Positions 9,057 through 22,476 of a DNA stretch of 64,000 nt are shown here, piece after piece. How positions within the stretch are numbered: the stretch's first letter is position 1; every line of letters begins with the position of its first letter. The stretch is from Schizochytrium sp. TIO01. Its lineage: Eukaryota > Protista > Bigyra: Labyrinthulomycetes. The stretch is taken from positions 5,818,029 to 5,882,028 of the forward strand of contig SMSO01000014.1 in assembly GCA_004764695.1 (NCBI GenBank), in the 5' to 3' direction. Below the pieces are notes generated by a model that saw nothing but the letters and a program-made list of their open reading frames with translations, searched no databases and had not been told where the DNA came from. Both the position numbers and the translations under genes were made by a program.

Positions 9057-11686
9057 TTAATGAGAAGTTGTAGCCTTCTTCCCGGTAGTCTAGGAACAAA
9101 CAGAAGGATAAACGCTAGAGAGGTTCGTTGTCAATTTAGTGTTTGATGCCAAAAACTCTTGATTTCTGATTTGCCCTTTTCAACAATCCAAATGGAGTAG
9201 CTGTTCAATCTATTGCTTCTGCAATAAAAGCTAAGAGCTAGCACCTACTAGGCTATCTTTAATAAATGTATTTGTTATCCTCGATCGAATCATGCGTACT
9301 TTCCAGGGCACCATAAGAATGCACGTGCAGTTTCCTGTGAGTTGATTTTCTTGGAAAATGAAAGAACAGCAACAGTTCCCTGTCGAAGCCTCTCATGCGT
9401 CTCAGTGCATTCGAAACCTAAATAGTATGCTCACAGAATCGACACTTTGTGACCGTACACAATGCGGCGGTAGTAAGAGTTTGCGTCAAGGAAGTCATTG
9501 TTATTCCACCTTGTGTTCGTGCACTTAAAAAAAAGAAAAGCTCTTTTCAAGCATAATCATAATTCAAATTTGGCCCAAGCATACTAATAAACTATTGTCT
9601 GTTTTATTTCCTGGGAAAAGGCAGCATAGCTTGAGCTAGGTCGAGCTTGGAGAAAACCACTTGATGGATTGATTAAATTTCTCCTTTCATCTGATACTTA
9701 ATTAAAGCAACGAAACCATTGTAAATAAATGCTTTTCATCAGTGAGGCTGATTGCAGAACGTTCCTTCCCAGGAAACTCAAATTGAGAAGTGTCCCGTGC
9801 GGGACATTAGGCCAAATGTCAGTCATGGTTGATTGGGAGCATTTATCAATAAAATTTCGTATCAATATTTTTCTTTATTTGGTTGATACCTAATTAAGTA
9901 GTGCCTATTGTTCAACAAAGGTAAAAGAAAAGTCAAATCTGGCCACTTCTGACAATCAAGTTTAGCGACACGATGGAAATGGCAAAAGTAAGTTGGGTAC
10001 TTGATGCTATCGAGCGTAAAAGTTTCAAATCTTTCTTTCAAAGGCAAGGAAACAACGAAATTTACAGCCAGAAACTTGATATAACTTGCGATTGCTGCAC
10101 AGTACAACTTGTTACGTGCTTGTAATCATGTCTCTGAGTTATATGTGACAAGACAACATGGCAAGTACAAGAGCAAACATAATTATAAAAAACAAAAAAT
10201 CTGTATGATAAAAAATTGACTCTTGGAAAGAAAACCAACGAAACGAAACGAAATGGGAAGAGAAGAGACCTTACTGAACTTTTGTTTTCAGGAAAAAGCC
10301 TGAGGTTTCATTTTCAAAAAATAAAAATTGTTTGAGTTATGGGTTATCCTGAGAGTGGAGAAAACAGTGTAGTACTGCCGTTGTGCTCAAGCAAAGCGAA
10401 TGTCTCTCTTAATTGGGAGCACATGTAAATGGTATGTCTGGAGTTCTTTAATCTCGCGAGTTGCGTGTTGTCCCGAGTTTCGTCAGTATAGTCAATCTCT
10501 GACTGATCAAGGGTCGGATTTCAGCACTCGGACACGTACATATGAGAAGTGAGAGCTTTCGGCTGTATAGACAGGCAAACTCAAAGTCTGTCAGCGCAAA
10601 CAGCACAGAAAAGAAGCGAAGAAAGGCTCCGAGTAATGAGAAGCCGTCGAGTCTCGTGAGTAAATCTGCATTGAGGTATATTCTTGACTTTGCATTGTGG
10701 GCAGAAGGGACTTGATAAGGGCTATGCTGGGTTTCTTCTCGCCATAAACGATATTATGGTCAATGTAACCACCAGACAAATGTGCATCCTAAAGAGCAAG
10801 ATCAGTGAAGTATCGAGGCTCCAAATGGCCTAGAATTGGTCAGCAGGAAATTGAGCACATTGAACGCACGAAGGCGCTGACAGCAAAGTAGACTTGTTAA
10901 AAAGCTGAACAAGCACACATGCAGACCATATCGAGATAAGAAAAGCAGAATACAGGCAAAACTAGAGCAGGAAGTGTCTTCGGAATGGTGTCTGTGTGTA
11001 GAGGCGATGGCTAATTCTTCGGCAGTAAGGGAACATTTTTTCCTGGCCCGATGACAAGACTGTAGCGGCAATTATAGAAACAAAGCCTAACTACAGATAA
11101 TATTCATTTTCGGAGTTGCCTTGCGGTTTGCTCGGTCGTCCTGCTAATGATGAAAAGCTTCACAAAATTGTAGTGGTAGTGGGCATGCTTTTCTTTGCCA
11201 AGTCCGAATCTAAGCCTCTCAGGCGTAACCAATTTGTGGATAGTGATCCCCTCCATATAAGATTCTTACTCTGCCAAGAACAACCTTAATATCATAGAGC
11301 AACGAATTGATCGATGTATTATTCAAGGCCAATCCTATCAATCCTGTTCTATGAACTGAAGTTGCCCCAAACTCTCGCCGTTAGGCTAGTAGGTAGTTGT
11401 CCGTACCAGAGTCGTAGTATCCCTTAAGTACACTTAATGGGTCCTACTGTACCTATGAGAAGAGCCTGCTACTATCATTCCATCTATCAGTTGCTAACTC
11501 AGGGTAGGACTGTTAAGGCACATAGTAGGACCTGTTGTAGCCGGTTAGAGAATAGGGAAAGAAGAATAACAGATAGATAAACTTCGCTGAAGAAATATAC
11601 ATACTATATAGTACTATAGGTAGGTAAGTGTACTGACTCAAATGATACAGGAGAGATAAAAAGAGGAGAAAGAACACGGAAATCGA

Positions 11687-11748
11687 TCAATTCAATTCAA
11701 TTCAATTCAATTCAATTCAATTCAATTCAATTCAATGAATAGATAGAT

Positions 11749-11786
<38 letters not shown>
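11687..11786. repeat. Compound microsatellite (TCAAT)10 followed by (AGAA)n and (AGAT)n
   Basis: Tandem repeats read directly from the sequence. Confidence 0.95.
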
Positions 11787-12689
11787 TATGGTAGATAAGA
11801 AAGGGCACAGCAGTCAGTTGAATCAATGAACAACTAAGGATAAGCAGAAGAGGCGGGGGGCATAGGTGAACGGCTAGGTAGCTGCTAGCTAGCCAGAAAG
11901 GAGATAGTTAGACGGGTTTTCAAATTCAAAATTGAATAGGGAGCTATACTTAGTTATTTACTTAGTTAGTTAGTTAGATAGTTAGTTAGTTAGATCGTGT
12001 ACCTGATTCTTCTTCGAACCTACAAGAACAGGCGATAGTTGCGATAAGAACAGGCAGTCTCAATCTATAGATAGGTAAATGAACAGATGAAATGGAACAA
12101 AGTAAATAGTAGATAAGCAGATGAACAAGTAGGCAAACAGGCGAGTAAATAAATAGGCGAATAGTGAGTAAATAGATAAATAGATGAATGAACAAATAGA
12201 TGAATAGTGAATAAATAGATAAAGAATAAATAGACAAATAGACGAATAGAAATAGATAGGAGGTAGGTACCTGAATATGAAGGAGAAGGAGAAGGGAGAA
12301 GAAGAGAGAGAAGGAAAAGGCAGAGCGCGGAAGAGGGAAAAAAGCGGCGGGCAAAACCTGAGGCGTCTCGCGGCGCGGCTGCTGCGCGGGGTCTGCGGTC
12401 GCTCAGGGCCGCGCGGGCGGAGGAGGAACTTGGGAAAAGGAGAAGCGGTGCGGAGCGGCAGGCCCTGTAGCGCGACTGCAGGGCTTCTGCGCACGGAGCA
12501 CTCGAAGACGCGGCGAGCTCCTGGAGCGAGTTTTGAAATTTCCATCGCTGCAGCACTCGTCGCCGCAGCCGACGCCGAGGCAGTAGCGCTGCGCAGATAA
12601 GGGGTGGTGGAGTGAGGAGAGGACGGAGGAAAGGGATCCAGAAGCGCCTGGCCGGCAGCTGACGCCGCGCCGCCGCACGGGCTCGCGGC

Positions 12690-15293
12690 ATGAGCCCTGA
12701 TCGGGCCGGCATGGTGCCGGATGAGGCCAACTCCAACGTGCCGGCGATCCCGCCGCTACCGCCACTTACCGCAAACTCAGCAACCATGGCGCTGGCATCT
12801 CCTGGCGACGTAACTACATCGGACCAGCTCCAGCTGCAGCTGCAACTCCAGCTCCAGCTCCAGCAACAGCAACAGCTGGGCCACAATCCAAATCAGAATC
12901 CAGGTCAGAATTTTCAGAACTTGAACTTACAAAATCTTAACGCACAGAGCTTGCAGAATCAGCAGCCAAGTCTGGGGATGCTACAAAGTCAAATTCACCA
13001 GCACCAGCAGCACCAGCAGCAACAACAACAGCAGATGCAAATGCAAATGCAAATGCAGCAGACCACTATGGCGCCCGTTCTTGGAGGTGGCGCTGTGCAG
13101 CAGCATTTACAACAGTTGCATCAGCAGAAACAATTCCTGTCTACGGATCTTACGCCCTCTAATTTAGCCAATGCAACATCATCATCTACATCTTCAACAT
13201 CATCGTCATCATCATCTTCTTCGTCATCGTCATCTTCGTCATCCACTTCATCGGCAGTACAAGGGGGCATGGCCGTAAACACCTCCGCCGCAAACATGTA
13301 TGCAACTTCGAACGCCGGTGCCATGGCAATGGCACCGGCAGCAGTACCGGCAGCAGGACGCCGCGATCCAATGGAAGCTCCTGTGCGCAAACTCAGCGTC
13401 AATCTAATCAAAACTTACAAGTACATCAACCATGTTTACTACGAAAATAAACGAAGGCGCCAAGCGCAGCAGCAACAACAGCAGGCACAGCAGCAACAAC
13501 AGCAACAGCAGCAGCAAGGTCCAGCCACGGATGCTAGCAACACTGCAAACGGTGCAACAGCCAAACGCAAGTCCGCAGGTGGATCTACAGGAGCCTCCTC
13601 ATCCTCAGTGGCCAAGAGCAGCGCTGGTGGCAAGGTATACAATAACGGTTACGATGATGAAAATTCAGACTATTTGATACGCATTGGAGAAAGGATCCGT
13701 GATAGGTATGTCGTAAAACAGAAAATTGGCAAGGGCTCTTTTGGTCAAGTAGTGCGTGCCTACGACGACGTGAAAGGTGAAAATGTAGCTGTCAAAATTA
13801 TCAAGTCCCGTAAACCTTTTTTTCTGCAAGCAAAGACTGAAATTGCGCTTCTTCAGGAACTCAACATGAAGGATAGTGATGACAAATGGTTTGTTGTTCG
13901 ACTCCTTGACACCTTTGTTCATCATAATCATCAGTGTCTCGTCTTTGAAATGCTTTCATTCAACCTTTATGATCTTCTGCGAAATACAAACTTCGACGGC
14001 GTCTCTCTAAATCTTATCCGCAAATTCGCACGGCAAATTCTCAAAGCGTTGCATTTTCTTGCTCGCGAGGATATTGATGTGATTCATTGCGACCTCAAAC
14101 CTGAAAACATCCTTTTGCGGCACCCCAAGAGGTCAGCAATTAAAGTAATCGACTTTGGGTCTTCATGCAAGTCAGATCGACAAATGTACCAGTATATCCA
14201 GTCGCGATTTTATCGATCGCCAGAGGTCATCCTTGGTCGTCCATACTCTGTGGCAATCGATATGTGGTCCCTGGGTTGTATTCTTGTGGAAATGCACACC
14301 GGCGAGCCTCTTTTTTCGGGTACTGATGAACATGATCAAATGATTCGTCTCGTGGCAGTGCGCGGGATGCCCCCAGAAGAAATACTTGATGGATCAACCA
14401 AAACACACAAGTTTTTCGAACCAAATACTGCACCTGACACATGCCACGAGGTTTTTCGCAATTCCAAATGGAAGCTTAAGCCTCACAAAAACCGGAGCCG
14501 CTCAGTCGACTCTGAGCTTGATCAGCATCAGCGATCATTGCGCAGTATCCTTGGTATGGATGGAAACAACGGGCCAGCATCACGCAGAAAGGGCGAACCT
14601 GGTCACTCAGACGAAATGTATGGCATTTTCATTGACCTGGTGGAACGGATGTTAGATTATGATCCTAGTACGCGTATTACACCGAAAGATGCTCTATCAC
14701 ATCCATTTATTCTTTCTGATCGGGTCACACCCACTGGTGGGTCAGGGGCTTCAGCAACGGGAGCGCACGCGTCTCAATCGCAACAACAAGCGCAACAGCA
14801 GCATAATCATCACCACCAAGCGCCCCACCTACAATCAAACCAGACTGCGTCTCCAATTCAAAATGAACAAGTCAATATCGGATCCCAAGCTGCGCGCAAT
14901 CCTGTGCAACAGCTACAGCAGCTGCAGCAACAACAAATTAAACATCAACAACATCAACAACATCAACAACAACGCCATCAACCGTCTTATGCCGGCGGTG
15001 CTAGTAGTGATACACATCAACACTCCAACAAACAAACTATGCAACCAAGTAATACTTCATCTGTGCAGCAACAAACTGCAGGAAACCGTTATAGTCGACC
15101 TCGTCGCAGGTCTTCTTATACTAAGCGACCAGGTTCCGCTCCTGCAGCCTCTAGTGGAGGCAACCAGGTCTCGCTTCGGCGTAGTACACGTGTAGCGAAG
15201 CAGAATCGACCGGTGCCGCAGCAGCAGCAAAGCAACAACAGCAGTAGGTCCATACTGGTTTCTTTTGTTTCTAAAATGATGTTTATAAAGTAA
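12690..15293 (+). CDS. DYRK1: DYRK1/minibrain-type dual-specificity kinase
   Basis: [21 protein letters not shown] (DYRK1 N-terminal motif/NLS), DH box [46 protein letters not shown] (YxY activation loop), poly-Q and poly-S tracts. Confidence 0.95.
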   Translation: MSPDRAGMVPDEANSNVPAIPPLPPLTANSATMALASPGDVTTSDQLQLQLQLQLQLQQQQQLGHNPNQNPGQNFQNLNLQNLNAQSLQNQQPSLGMLQSQIHQHQQHQQQQQQQMQMQMQMQQTTMAPVLGGGAVQQHLQQLHQQKQFLSTDLTPSNLANATSSSTSSTSSSSSSSSSSSSSSSTSSAVQGGMAVNTSAANMYATSNAGAMAMAPAAVPAAGRRDPMEAPVRKLSVNLIKTYKYINHVYYENKRRRQAQQQQQQAQQQQQQQQQQGPATDASNTANGATAKRKSAGGSTGASSSSVAKSSAGGKVYNNGYDDENSDYLIRIGERIRDRYVVKQKIGKGSFGQVVRAYDDVKGENVAVKIIKSRKPFFLQAKTEIALLQELNMKDSDDKWFVVRLLDTFVHHNHQCLVFEMLSFNLYDLLRNTNFDGVSLNLIRKFARQILKALHFLAREDIDVIHCDLKPENILLRHPKRSAIKVIDFGSSCKSDRQMYQYIQSRFYRSPEVILGRPYSVAIDMWSLGCILVEMHTGEPLFSGTDEHDQMIRLVAVRGMPPEEILDGSTKTHKFFEPNTAPDTCHEVFRNSKWKLKPHKNRSRSVDSELDQHQRSLRSILGMDGNNGPASRRKGEPGHSDEMYGIFIDLVERMLDYDPSTRITPKDALSHPFILSDRVTPTGGSGASATGAHASQSQQQAQQQHNHHHQAPHLQSNQTASPIQNEQVNIGSQAARNPVQQLQQLQQQQIKHQQHQQHQQQRHQPSYAGGASSDTHQHSNKQTMQPSNTSSVQQQTAGNRYSRPRRRSSYTKRPGSAPAASSGGNQVSLRRSTRVAKQNRPVPQQQQSNNSSRSILVSFVSKMMFIK

Positions 15294-16189
15294 GGGATGC
15301 CGAGAAAATGGGAACATGCATGGCTGTTAGTTTCTGGCCTCTTTTGGCTAAGTGTGCATATCTTTAATTATGATTGGCTAATTGATCAGGCATATGCACA
15401 TAATAGTTGGGATTATCGTTAAACAAACAAAAAACTAATGAGCAACAGCTTGTGATATTATATAAATCACTAAGCAATCCGAGATTCTTTCTGTTTTACG
15501 AGGAAATGTGATCAAATCCTTTTTTAAGATAAAGAAAGCCTATGATATTTTAAACTTCAACTTTTCAGCAGAGCCTTCCTCTGAATTATGTTGAGCTTCT
15601 TAGAAGATTCTCTAATGTACTAAGCGGATCTTCACTCCTTCAATATATATGATATTTTAACATTTGCGACCTCTCCCGGTCATATTCATTTCCTGTCTCT
15701 TTTTCCTTTAGTAACGTTGCAGTGGTTTCTACCTAATATCCGCAGGACATTCGTCGGGCAACGATGGCCTAGGTCAAAATCGTGCTTGCCAATTCAACCA
15801 TGCATGTAGCGACCTCAGATCTCTTGCGGTATAGTCGCTGTAAAAGCAGATACTACTTCTACTTACAGAGAGTTTCCGAAAAAAATTCCCAAGACCTTGG
15901 AGTTGATCACTTCAGCAGTGTAAGTTCTATGAAGGTGACTACACAGTGCTTAGAATAAAGAGAGTGGTGGTGCAGAGGAATAAGTAATAAGAAGTCACTT
16001 GCAGAAACGGAGTTCTGGAGGCAGCAGCAGTAGCAGCTGTTGTGCTTTGCTTACCTCGAGCTGTAGAGGCGAGGAACGTCCAGAGAGAGCGCACAAATTG
16101 AAGCAAAACCTGTTTGGGGGTTGAAGCGGAACCTTGTGTTACGTTCTTGCGTGAGTCTGTTTGAGAGATTGAGGTCTTTGTCATACAAG

Positions 16190-17332
16190 ATGCATACGCT
16201 CAAGCAGCTCGGACGTCAACACATTGTTTTTGAGAGTAACCATTTGTTGGTCGTGAACAAACCGGTGGGCGTTCTGAGTCAAGATGGGAGCAAAGTGGGT
16301 AGCAACCTCGTAGACCTTTCAAAGGATTATATCAAGTCTAAGTTCAACAAGCAGGGTAATGTCTATGTTGCACCTTTGCACCGCCTTGACCGTGTGGCGT
16401 CTGGCTTGGTTTGTCTTGGTCTCTCAAGTAAGGCTGCAGCACGCGTGTCAAAGAGCTTCCAGGAGCGCCATGTTCGCAAGGAGTATCTTGCTATTGTTTC
16501 AGGCCTTCTTGACCGAGAGGGTAAAATAGACGGCGGAAGTTCTTACTCAGAGTACTGGACCAACCGTGGTGGCAAATTTGTTTCGGAGCGCGCAGGCAAC
16601 GACCGCGAGCAGGTTGATGGGGATCTTGTAAGTTTATTGTATTTGCTTTGGGAGCTTGTAGCCGATTAGGGTAGGCTAGTTTATTTGGAATTCAGGTTTT
16701 TGCAATTGGTATGGTGGTGGTTTCAATACTGTAGCAGCACAGCTGCATTGTATTTCTGGCCACTTGTATTATGCACAAAAACGTAAAGAAACTCTTATCA
16801 GTAGAAGACTAACAAGGTGCAAATATTGCTATCTATTTGGCTGTGATATTCTTACAACGAACGTTAGCAATGGAGATTGATCAATCATCCGATTGACATG
16901 AAAGGTGGACAAACTACGTCATATTCTTTCATTGCTATTCGAACATCGACAGGGCGCAAGCACCAGATTCGCCGCCAGCTTGCAAGTATTGGACACCCGA
17001 TTCTCGGGGATGTTCTGTATGGAAGTGGAAGGCGTTTCGGCGATGCTTCTCTTAGCCATGGCGCCCCCGGTCCGATTATGCTACATGCTTCCCAATTGAT
17101 CATTCCGAATCCGGTGCGGCCTGAGCCTGGAAAGGGAGGAAAGGCAAAGACATCCCGTGCTTCTTCCTCTCGTTTCCTCAAATTCCAGTGCCCGCCACCG
17201 AAGGAGTGGCGCTTGAGCTTGAGTTCCCTGACCGTGCCCGACCTTCGTAAGGGCCAGACCTACTTTGATATGGCTGGAGGCGAAGAAGAGGATAAGGATG
17301 AGGAAACCAAGCTTCTTCGTCAGATTTTGTAA
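16190..17332 (+). CDS. RluA/RluD-family pseudouridine synthase, 2 exons (16190-16627, 16868-17332)
   Basis: VVNKPVG, HRLDRVASGL (catalytic Asp), KEYLAIV, TGRKHQIR, GHPILGDVLYG, MLHA. Phase-0 intron GTAAGT (16628) ... GACTAAC ... TTAG (16867) joins the two ORFs in frame. Confidence 0.9.
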
Positions 17333-18531
17333 GTGGCCACGGAGTTAGCTGTCTATTGCGTATGGTTCGTTTATTGGCTGTGCATGTGTATCGTTGCTCG
17401 TTTCAGCCATGATGAGCTCAAGCGCCAATGGAAATCTTTGCTGTCCAGACGCGGAGATGCCCATTTATTTCACTGCCTAGGTTGCACGCTACTACGGAAA
17501 TTGTCAGTAATCTATCAATTAAAATTCAGACCTTTGAAATTTCTTTCTTTAGTTTTGATCATTGCTTCCACAACGCAATGGTTGTATTTTATTTTTCGTA
17601 TGAAATGTTTCATTCTTTAAGCAGACCGATCTCTGTTGTTTATTTCTTTAGTTTTTAAAGCAAAAAAGGAATATCTGAGAGTTTTGTCCCCTCATCAAAC
17701 TTTATTATACTTTAGTGGAGAGTACAAGCAAAACATTCTCAAATCTAGATGATTAATTTCGTTCAACATGCCCGTTCCGTAAGAATCTTTTTCGCAGACT
17801 ACACATATCATGGCGGCTATCATTCTGGATTTTTAACAACAAAATAAAATATCCAATCTTAATATATATATGGAAAAGCAACTGATGTGATACTTGTGAT
17901 GGGATTCGATTTTGTCGGCATACCAGTTATTTTCCTCAATGCTCGGAAATTATGAAAATCTAAATACCACGCCCGATTCGAATTCTGGAGCAGGGAGATT
18001 GTGGTTAGTGTTTAAGTGTTTGTTCCGACTCAAAAGCTATGTTTCCGTGACTGTAATAGTCTGAGTCCACTCGAGGGAACCCTGTCTTCATTTTTGTGCT
18101 GAAGTGATGCTTCAGTGTAAACAAACACAGCTTCCAAGGTAGCACCTCTGTTAAATTAGACTAATTAATCACCGAGTCTGAAAAAAAACAAAGGGAACGC
18201 AAGAGACGATACAGAAGAGAACCTGTAGCACCAAAGGGCAGGCTAAACATCAATAGATGAGGCACAACACAAATGCATATGAAAAGAGGAAATCAGAATT
18301 CGGCCATTACCTAGTTGTGTAAACAAATGAAAGGAAGTTCTAATAAATAGTGGGTTCATCAAGGCGCAAGAGTGGAGGCAAGTCAAGAAAGTGAGTTTCA
18401 CAAAGTGCTGCTTGCTAAGGGGGAGGGCAGTTGAGGATAGCAGCTAAGAAAATCCATTTGAGTAACGACACGAAACGGCAAGGAAAAACAGAAATAGAAT
18501 GCAGGGGCTGGTCAGAAAATAAGGTAACAGG

Positions 18532-19258
18532 TTAACGCTTAACCCACTGGAACTTCTTGCGAGCCTTGGGCTGGCCACCCTTCTTGCGCTCGACCATACG
18601 GGGGTCGCGCCTCAACATCTTAAGAGGCTTGAGGATGGAGCGGTGTGCGGGGTTGTAGTTCTGAAGCGCCCGGGCGAGGCCCATGCGGATAGCGCCGGCC
18701 TGTCCGCTGAAGCCACCACCACTGACGACGACGTTGACATCAAACTGGCCGATGGTGTCTGTGACGATGAGCGGCTCAATAGCTTCAAAACGAACATCAG
18801 CATCGCCAAAGTAATACACGAGCTCACGGCGGTTGATTGTGATGTCTCCCTGACCCGGCTTGATCCACACACATGCCGTGCTGGTCTTGCGACGGCCTGT
18901 GCCATATGCGCGTCCGTGCTTGTCAATGTTCACAGTGCGTGCGAGAGGAACAGACGTGTCCACTTTGACCTCCTTAGTATCATTAGCATCAAGGCTGACA
19001 GACTTGCCGGCCTCGACGTCTTCAACATCCTTAGCGCTCAACTTGCTCAAGGTCTCGCTCCACACAGGCGCGGCGGAGTCGAGCTTGTCGAGAAAGGCGT
19101 CCCAGTCAAAATCCGCTACGAAAGAGGAGTACGGCTCTGCCACGGGGGCAGCCGTGTTAGGGAGTCGCGGAAGCCTGTCCACGCGTCCACGGTTGTTCCT
19201 CTGCTGGCGGCGCGGGTTGTTGTTGTTGTTGTTGCTGCTGTTGTTGTTCTTGGCATTG

Positions 19259-19289
<31 letters not shown>

Positions 19290-19407
19290 CGGAGGCGTCC
19301 GTAGATGCCCAGCGGAAAGCAGGGGCGCAGGCAGCGTGACGCTGCAGGCCTGCTGCGGGGGCCCAGCGGCCCGCCTGCAGCGCCCTCTTCGCGGCGCTCG
19401 CGAGCAT
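18532..19407 (-). CDS. MRPS9: Mitochondrial ribosomal protein uS9m
   Basis: GTGRRKTSTA, GGGFSGQAGAIR, RDPRMVERKK...KARKKFQWVKR. The N-terminus MLASAAKRALQ.. looks like a mitochondrial presequence. Confidence 0.92.
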
Positions 19408-22400
19408 GGCAGGAAAGCTGTCGAAAGAGGCTTCTGCTCTTCTTTTCCTCGTGCTTGCTTGGCTGCTGCTCTTCTCGCCTCCAGCAGACAGCGCAACAGA
19501 GAAATAACCGAGGCACCACACTCGAGTATAGCTTATAGTCTATAGTATATCTCCGCTTTATACTATAGGCTATTCAGATACCTCATAGTATTCTATGCCA
19601 GGCACTCCTGATAGAATGTAATGCAGAGGGCGCCTTAGCTTAGGCATAGGTTGTCCTAAGCCATAGCAGTGCTAACGATAACAATAGAAGTGCGGCTAAG
19701 GCAGTGGTTAGCTAAGCACTGTTGGCCAGCTAGGTAGTCTGGTAGCAGTGAGAGAGCATAGGGGGCTTAGGGGATAAGGTTATGAGGCACATAAGAGCCA
19801 TGGGCAGAAGCACTGCTGGAGAAGGAGGAGAGATGTGTTTTTTTACTCTAACCAATGACATTGATCAAGGTCATTGAAGAAATTCATCGTAAGATGTTTG
19901 AAGAAGGCTGCGCTTTGAAGTCCTCGTTTGGGAGATCTAGGTTAGTTTGGTAGTCATGTGCAGAGGGCCTTAAGGGTGTCCATGCTGCTTTGCGAATGGT
20001 CAGAGCTGATGTGAAGTTTGCCTCAGCTTTCTCACATTCTACAAAAGTGCTCCATGCTTGCGTAAGACTCGAAATAGAGGGTTTTATGTATGATGGTTCA
20101 TTTAGCAATAGGTGAACAGACGTGGTTCTCATCGAAGTGCTTCGAAATAGCCTACTATTAGTACGTGGTATCAGCAGGTTGGAATTAGCACATGTGCGCA
20201 AAAATGAATAGGAATGGGAAACTAGGTACTACTTTCTGCTTGAACCAAAGGTGACTTTGAGTCAAATAAAGACAAGCAAACAAAAAGCTTTGGATTGAGA
20301 TGCTAAGACAGATAATTGATAACCTTTCAATGCAGTTTAATCGAAATAAGGCGTGCAAAGGGAACAGAACAAACTTGGAACAATCTGAACCCAATTCCTT
20401 CCTTAAATCGAAATATCCTCACCTAATATATCGTTCAAACGTTCTCTCCAGGGTTCTAAGCTATTTTGTTCATAGGTGGTGATGGCCATATGGCATTGGT
20501 TTGGTGCTGGTACTTACTAGAGTTGAGCTGGCATGAACTTGGGGTGGGTGAACATTAATAACAGAGGAGTTGATGACTCTCGATATAGTAAAGTACAGTG
20601 CTAAGGTGGGAAACTCGCCATGCAGAAATTGCAATAAAAGACTCGGAGGTTTATGAGTGACCTCGAATTCATGCACTCTCAGCGCTCAGGGGGCATTCCT
20701 GCTAAGCCTGGTGCCTAAACAAGATCTCAGGTCAAAGATATTGCGATTCCACATGCAAACCCTATTTGGTCAAGACTAAAGAGAACGAAGATGGCTCAGA
20801 TTATTAGATATTTCGTCCAACTTACAGTTTTTTGCTTTTCGCAGTTATCTAAGCATTGGCAGGAAGCTGAAAAGAAGTATCTTGCAAACTCTGCACTACA
20901 TGTTCTACTGTAGTACAGCCCATGGCACTTGGTCGATAGTTTTATTTTGCCTGATAGCTACAACAATTCTATGAAAAGAGAAGCGCCCCGCGAGCAAAAA
21001 CCTTGTTGTTGGTAGTAAGAAAGCAAACCTAGACTTAAAATCCTGTATGAGAGTCCTACATGGGTAGGGTATGATCTGCATAGTAGACCAACTTATTCCT
21101 TTATGAGGTCACTACCGCCTTGTAAGAACCGCGTTGTTGCGAGAGGTGGACAAACCTTGCATATCTTTGAGCCTTAAGGCAACCTTACTCTATGCAGATA
21201 CCAATGATACCATTGTATTGAATATGAAGCTTTTGGTCGCCTGACAAAGTTTAGTAATGTTATATCTCTCGCTCTAATCGTGGAGTAATAGCACGCTTCA
21301 ACTGGTGCCCTGTGTCATCAAATTCAATCAACGCATCGGTCACTTGTAATTCACCCTAGCATAAGGCTTCCGTAACTTGTGACCTTTATATTTACTTCAG
21401 CTCACTTGCGCAACCCCAATTCGTTTATCCTACTTGAACGATGTTCTATTACCACATTAATAAGAACATCCGCTTAAAGAACGTTCGACGGCAAACCCGA
21501 CTAGGGTTAGGGCAAGTCTGCGATCTACGGCGGTAGATTGATTGCTCTTTCGTGAATGCAGCTGCCTGCTGAAAAGCTACTGCCATGGCAGACTTGCCTT
21601 GTGCAATTTGGACGATATCGCTGGCTTGGTCCCAGCTTTGGCCCGTTTCTTGTGCAGGTATTCATGCTGCGATCGTTGATATTGGTGATAACGTGAAAAT
21701 AGATCGAAAGTTATTATTATTAAAAAGTACTACAAACAAACCAAAATCGTCATTTACTTACTTCTTTATTTCTTTATTTCTTTATTTAGTAATACAAAGG
21801 AGGAAATGAAGGGAGGAGAGCGCACATTTTTTATCTTGAACACCTGAATGAACAATTTCTTTCGCAATCCGTCGTGGCGTTCTCCACAATCGATCGAAGC
21901 TGCCAGCGCTGCCAGCAAGCTGCGGTGCAATGGCCCTCGAGGTGATCCAGACCTTGCGGATCCCCGTCTTTAGTCAAAACCACCGTGATCGAGGTCAGAT
22001 CTCTGTCACGAAATGCTCTCCCGCGTATTCATTTCTTAGCAACCTTGGAAAGAAAACTTTAAAGCCCTCCGCCATGCATGCATGATATAGTGTGTGTTAT
22101 ACGCGAAGGAAAGGGAAGAGACTGAGGCTTTAGAGGAGCTTTGAAGGAGTTTTGAAGGAGCTTAGATTGTTTGATTATGTGAGTGATTGATTGATTAATT
22201 ATGTGAAAGGTAATTATGTGGTTAATTAGGCGATAAAAGAATTGAGGATATGGGGGGAAATAAGGAGAGGAGGAGTGTTACTGGATATAGTAGGTGGGTC
22301 TTAGTAGTAGTGGTGGTAGTAGTAGTAGTAGTTAAAAGGAAGGAGAGAATGAGTGGAGAAGAGAGAAGAGAGAAAATGTTATGGAGAAGAGGGGTGATGG

Positions 22401-22476
22401 AGAAGGAGAGGCAGCAGAGATGTATTAGCGTGTCGCTCCGTCCAGGGTTCCTTCTCCGCGACTCTTTTCTTGCACG

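Noticed and set aside
11687-12260. Possible CRISPR-like or coding repeats upstream of DYRK1
   Set aside because: Simple microsatellites and degenerate ATAG/ATAA tracts with no repeat-spacer structure. The F/I/Y/L-rich ORFs are translations of these repeats.
21501-21512. CTAGGGTTAGGG telomere-like sequence
   Set aside because: Only about two units, compatible with chance.
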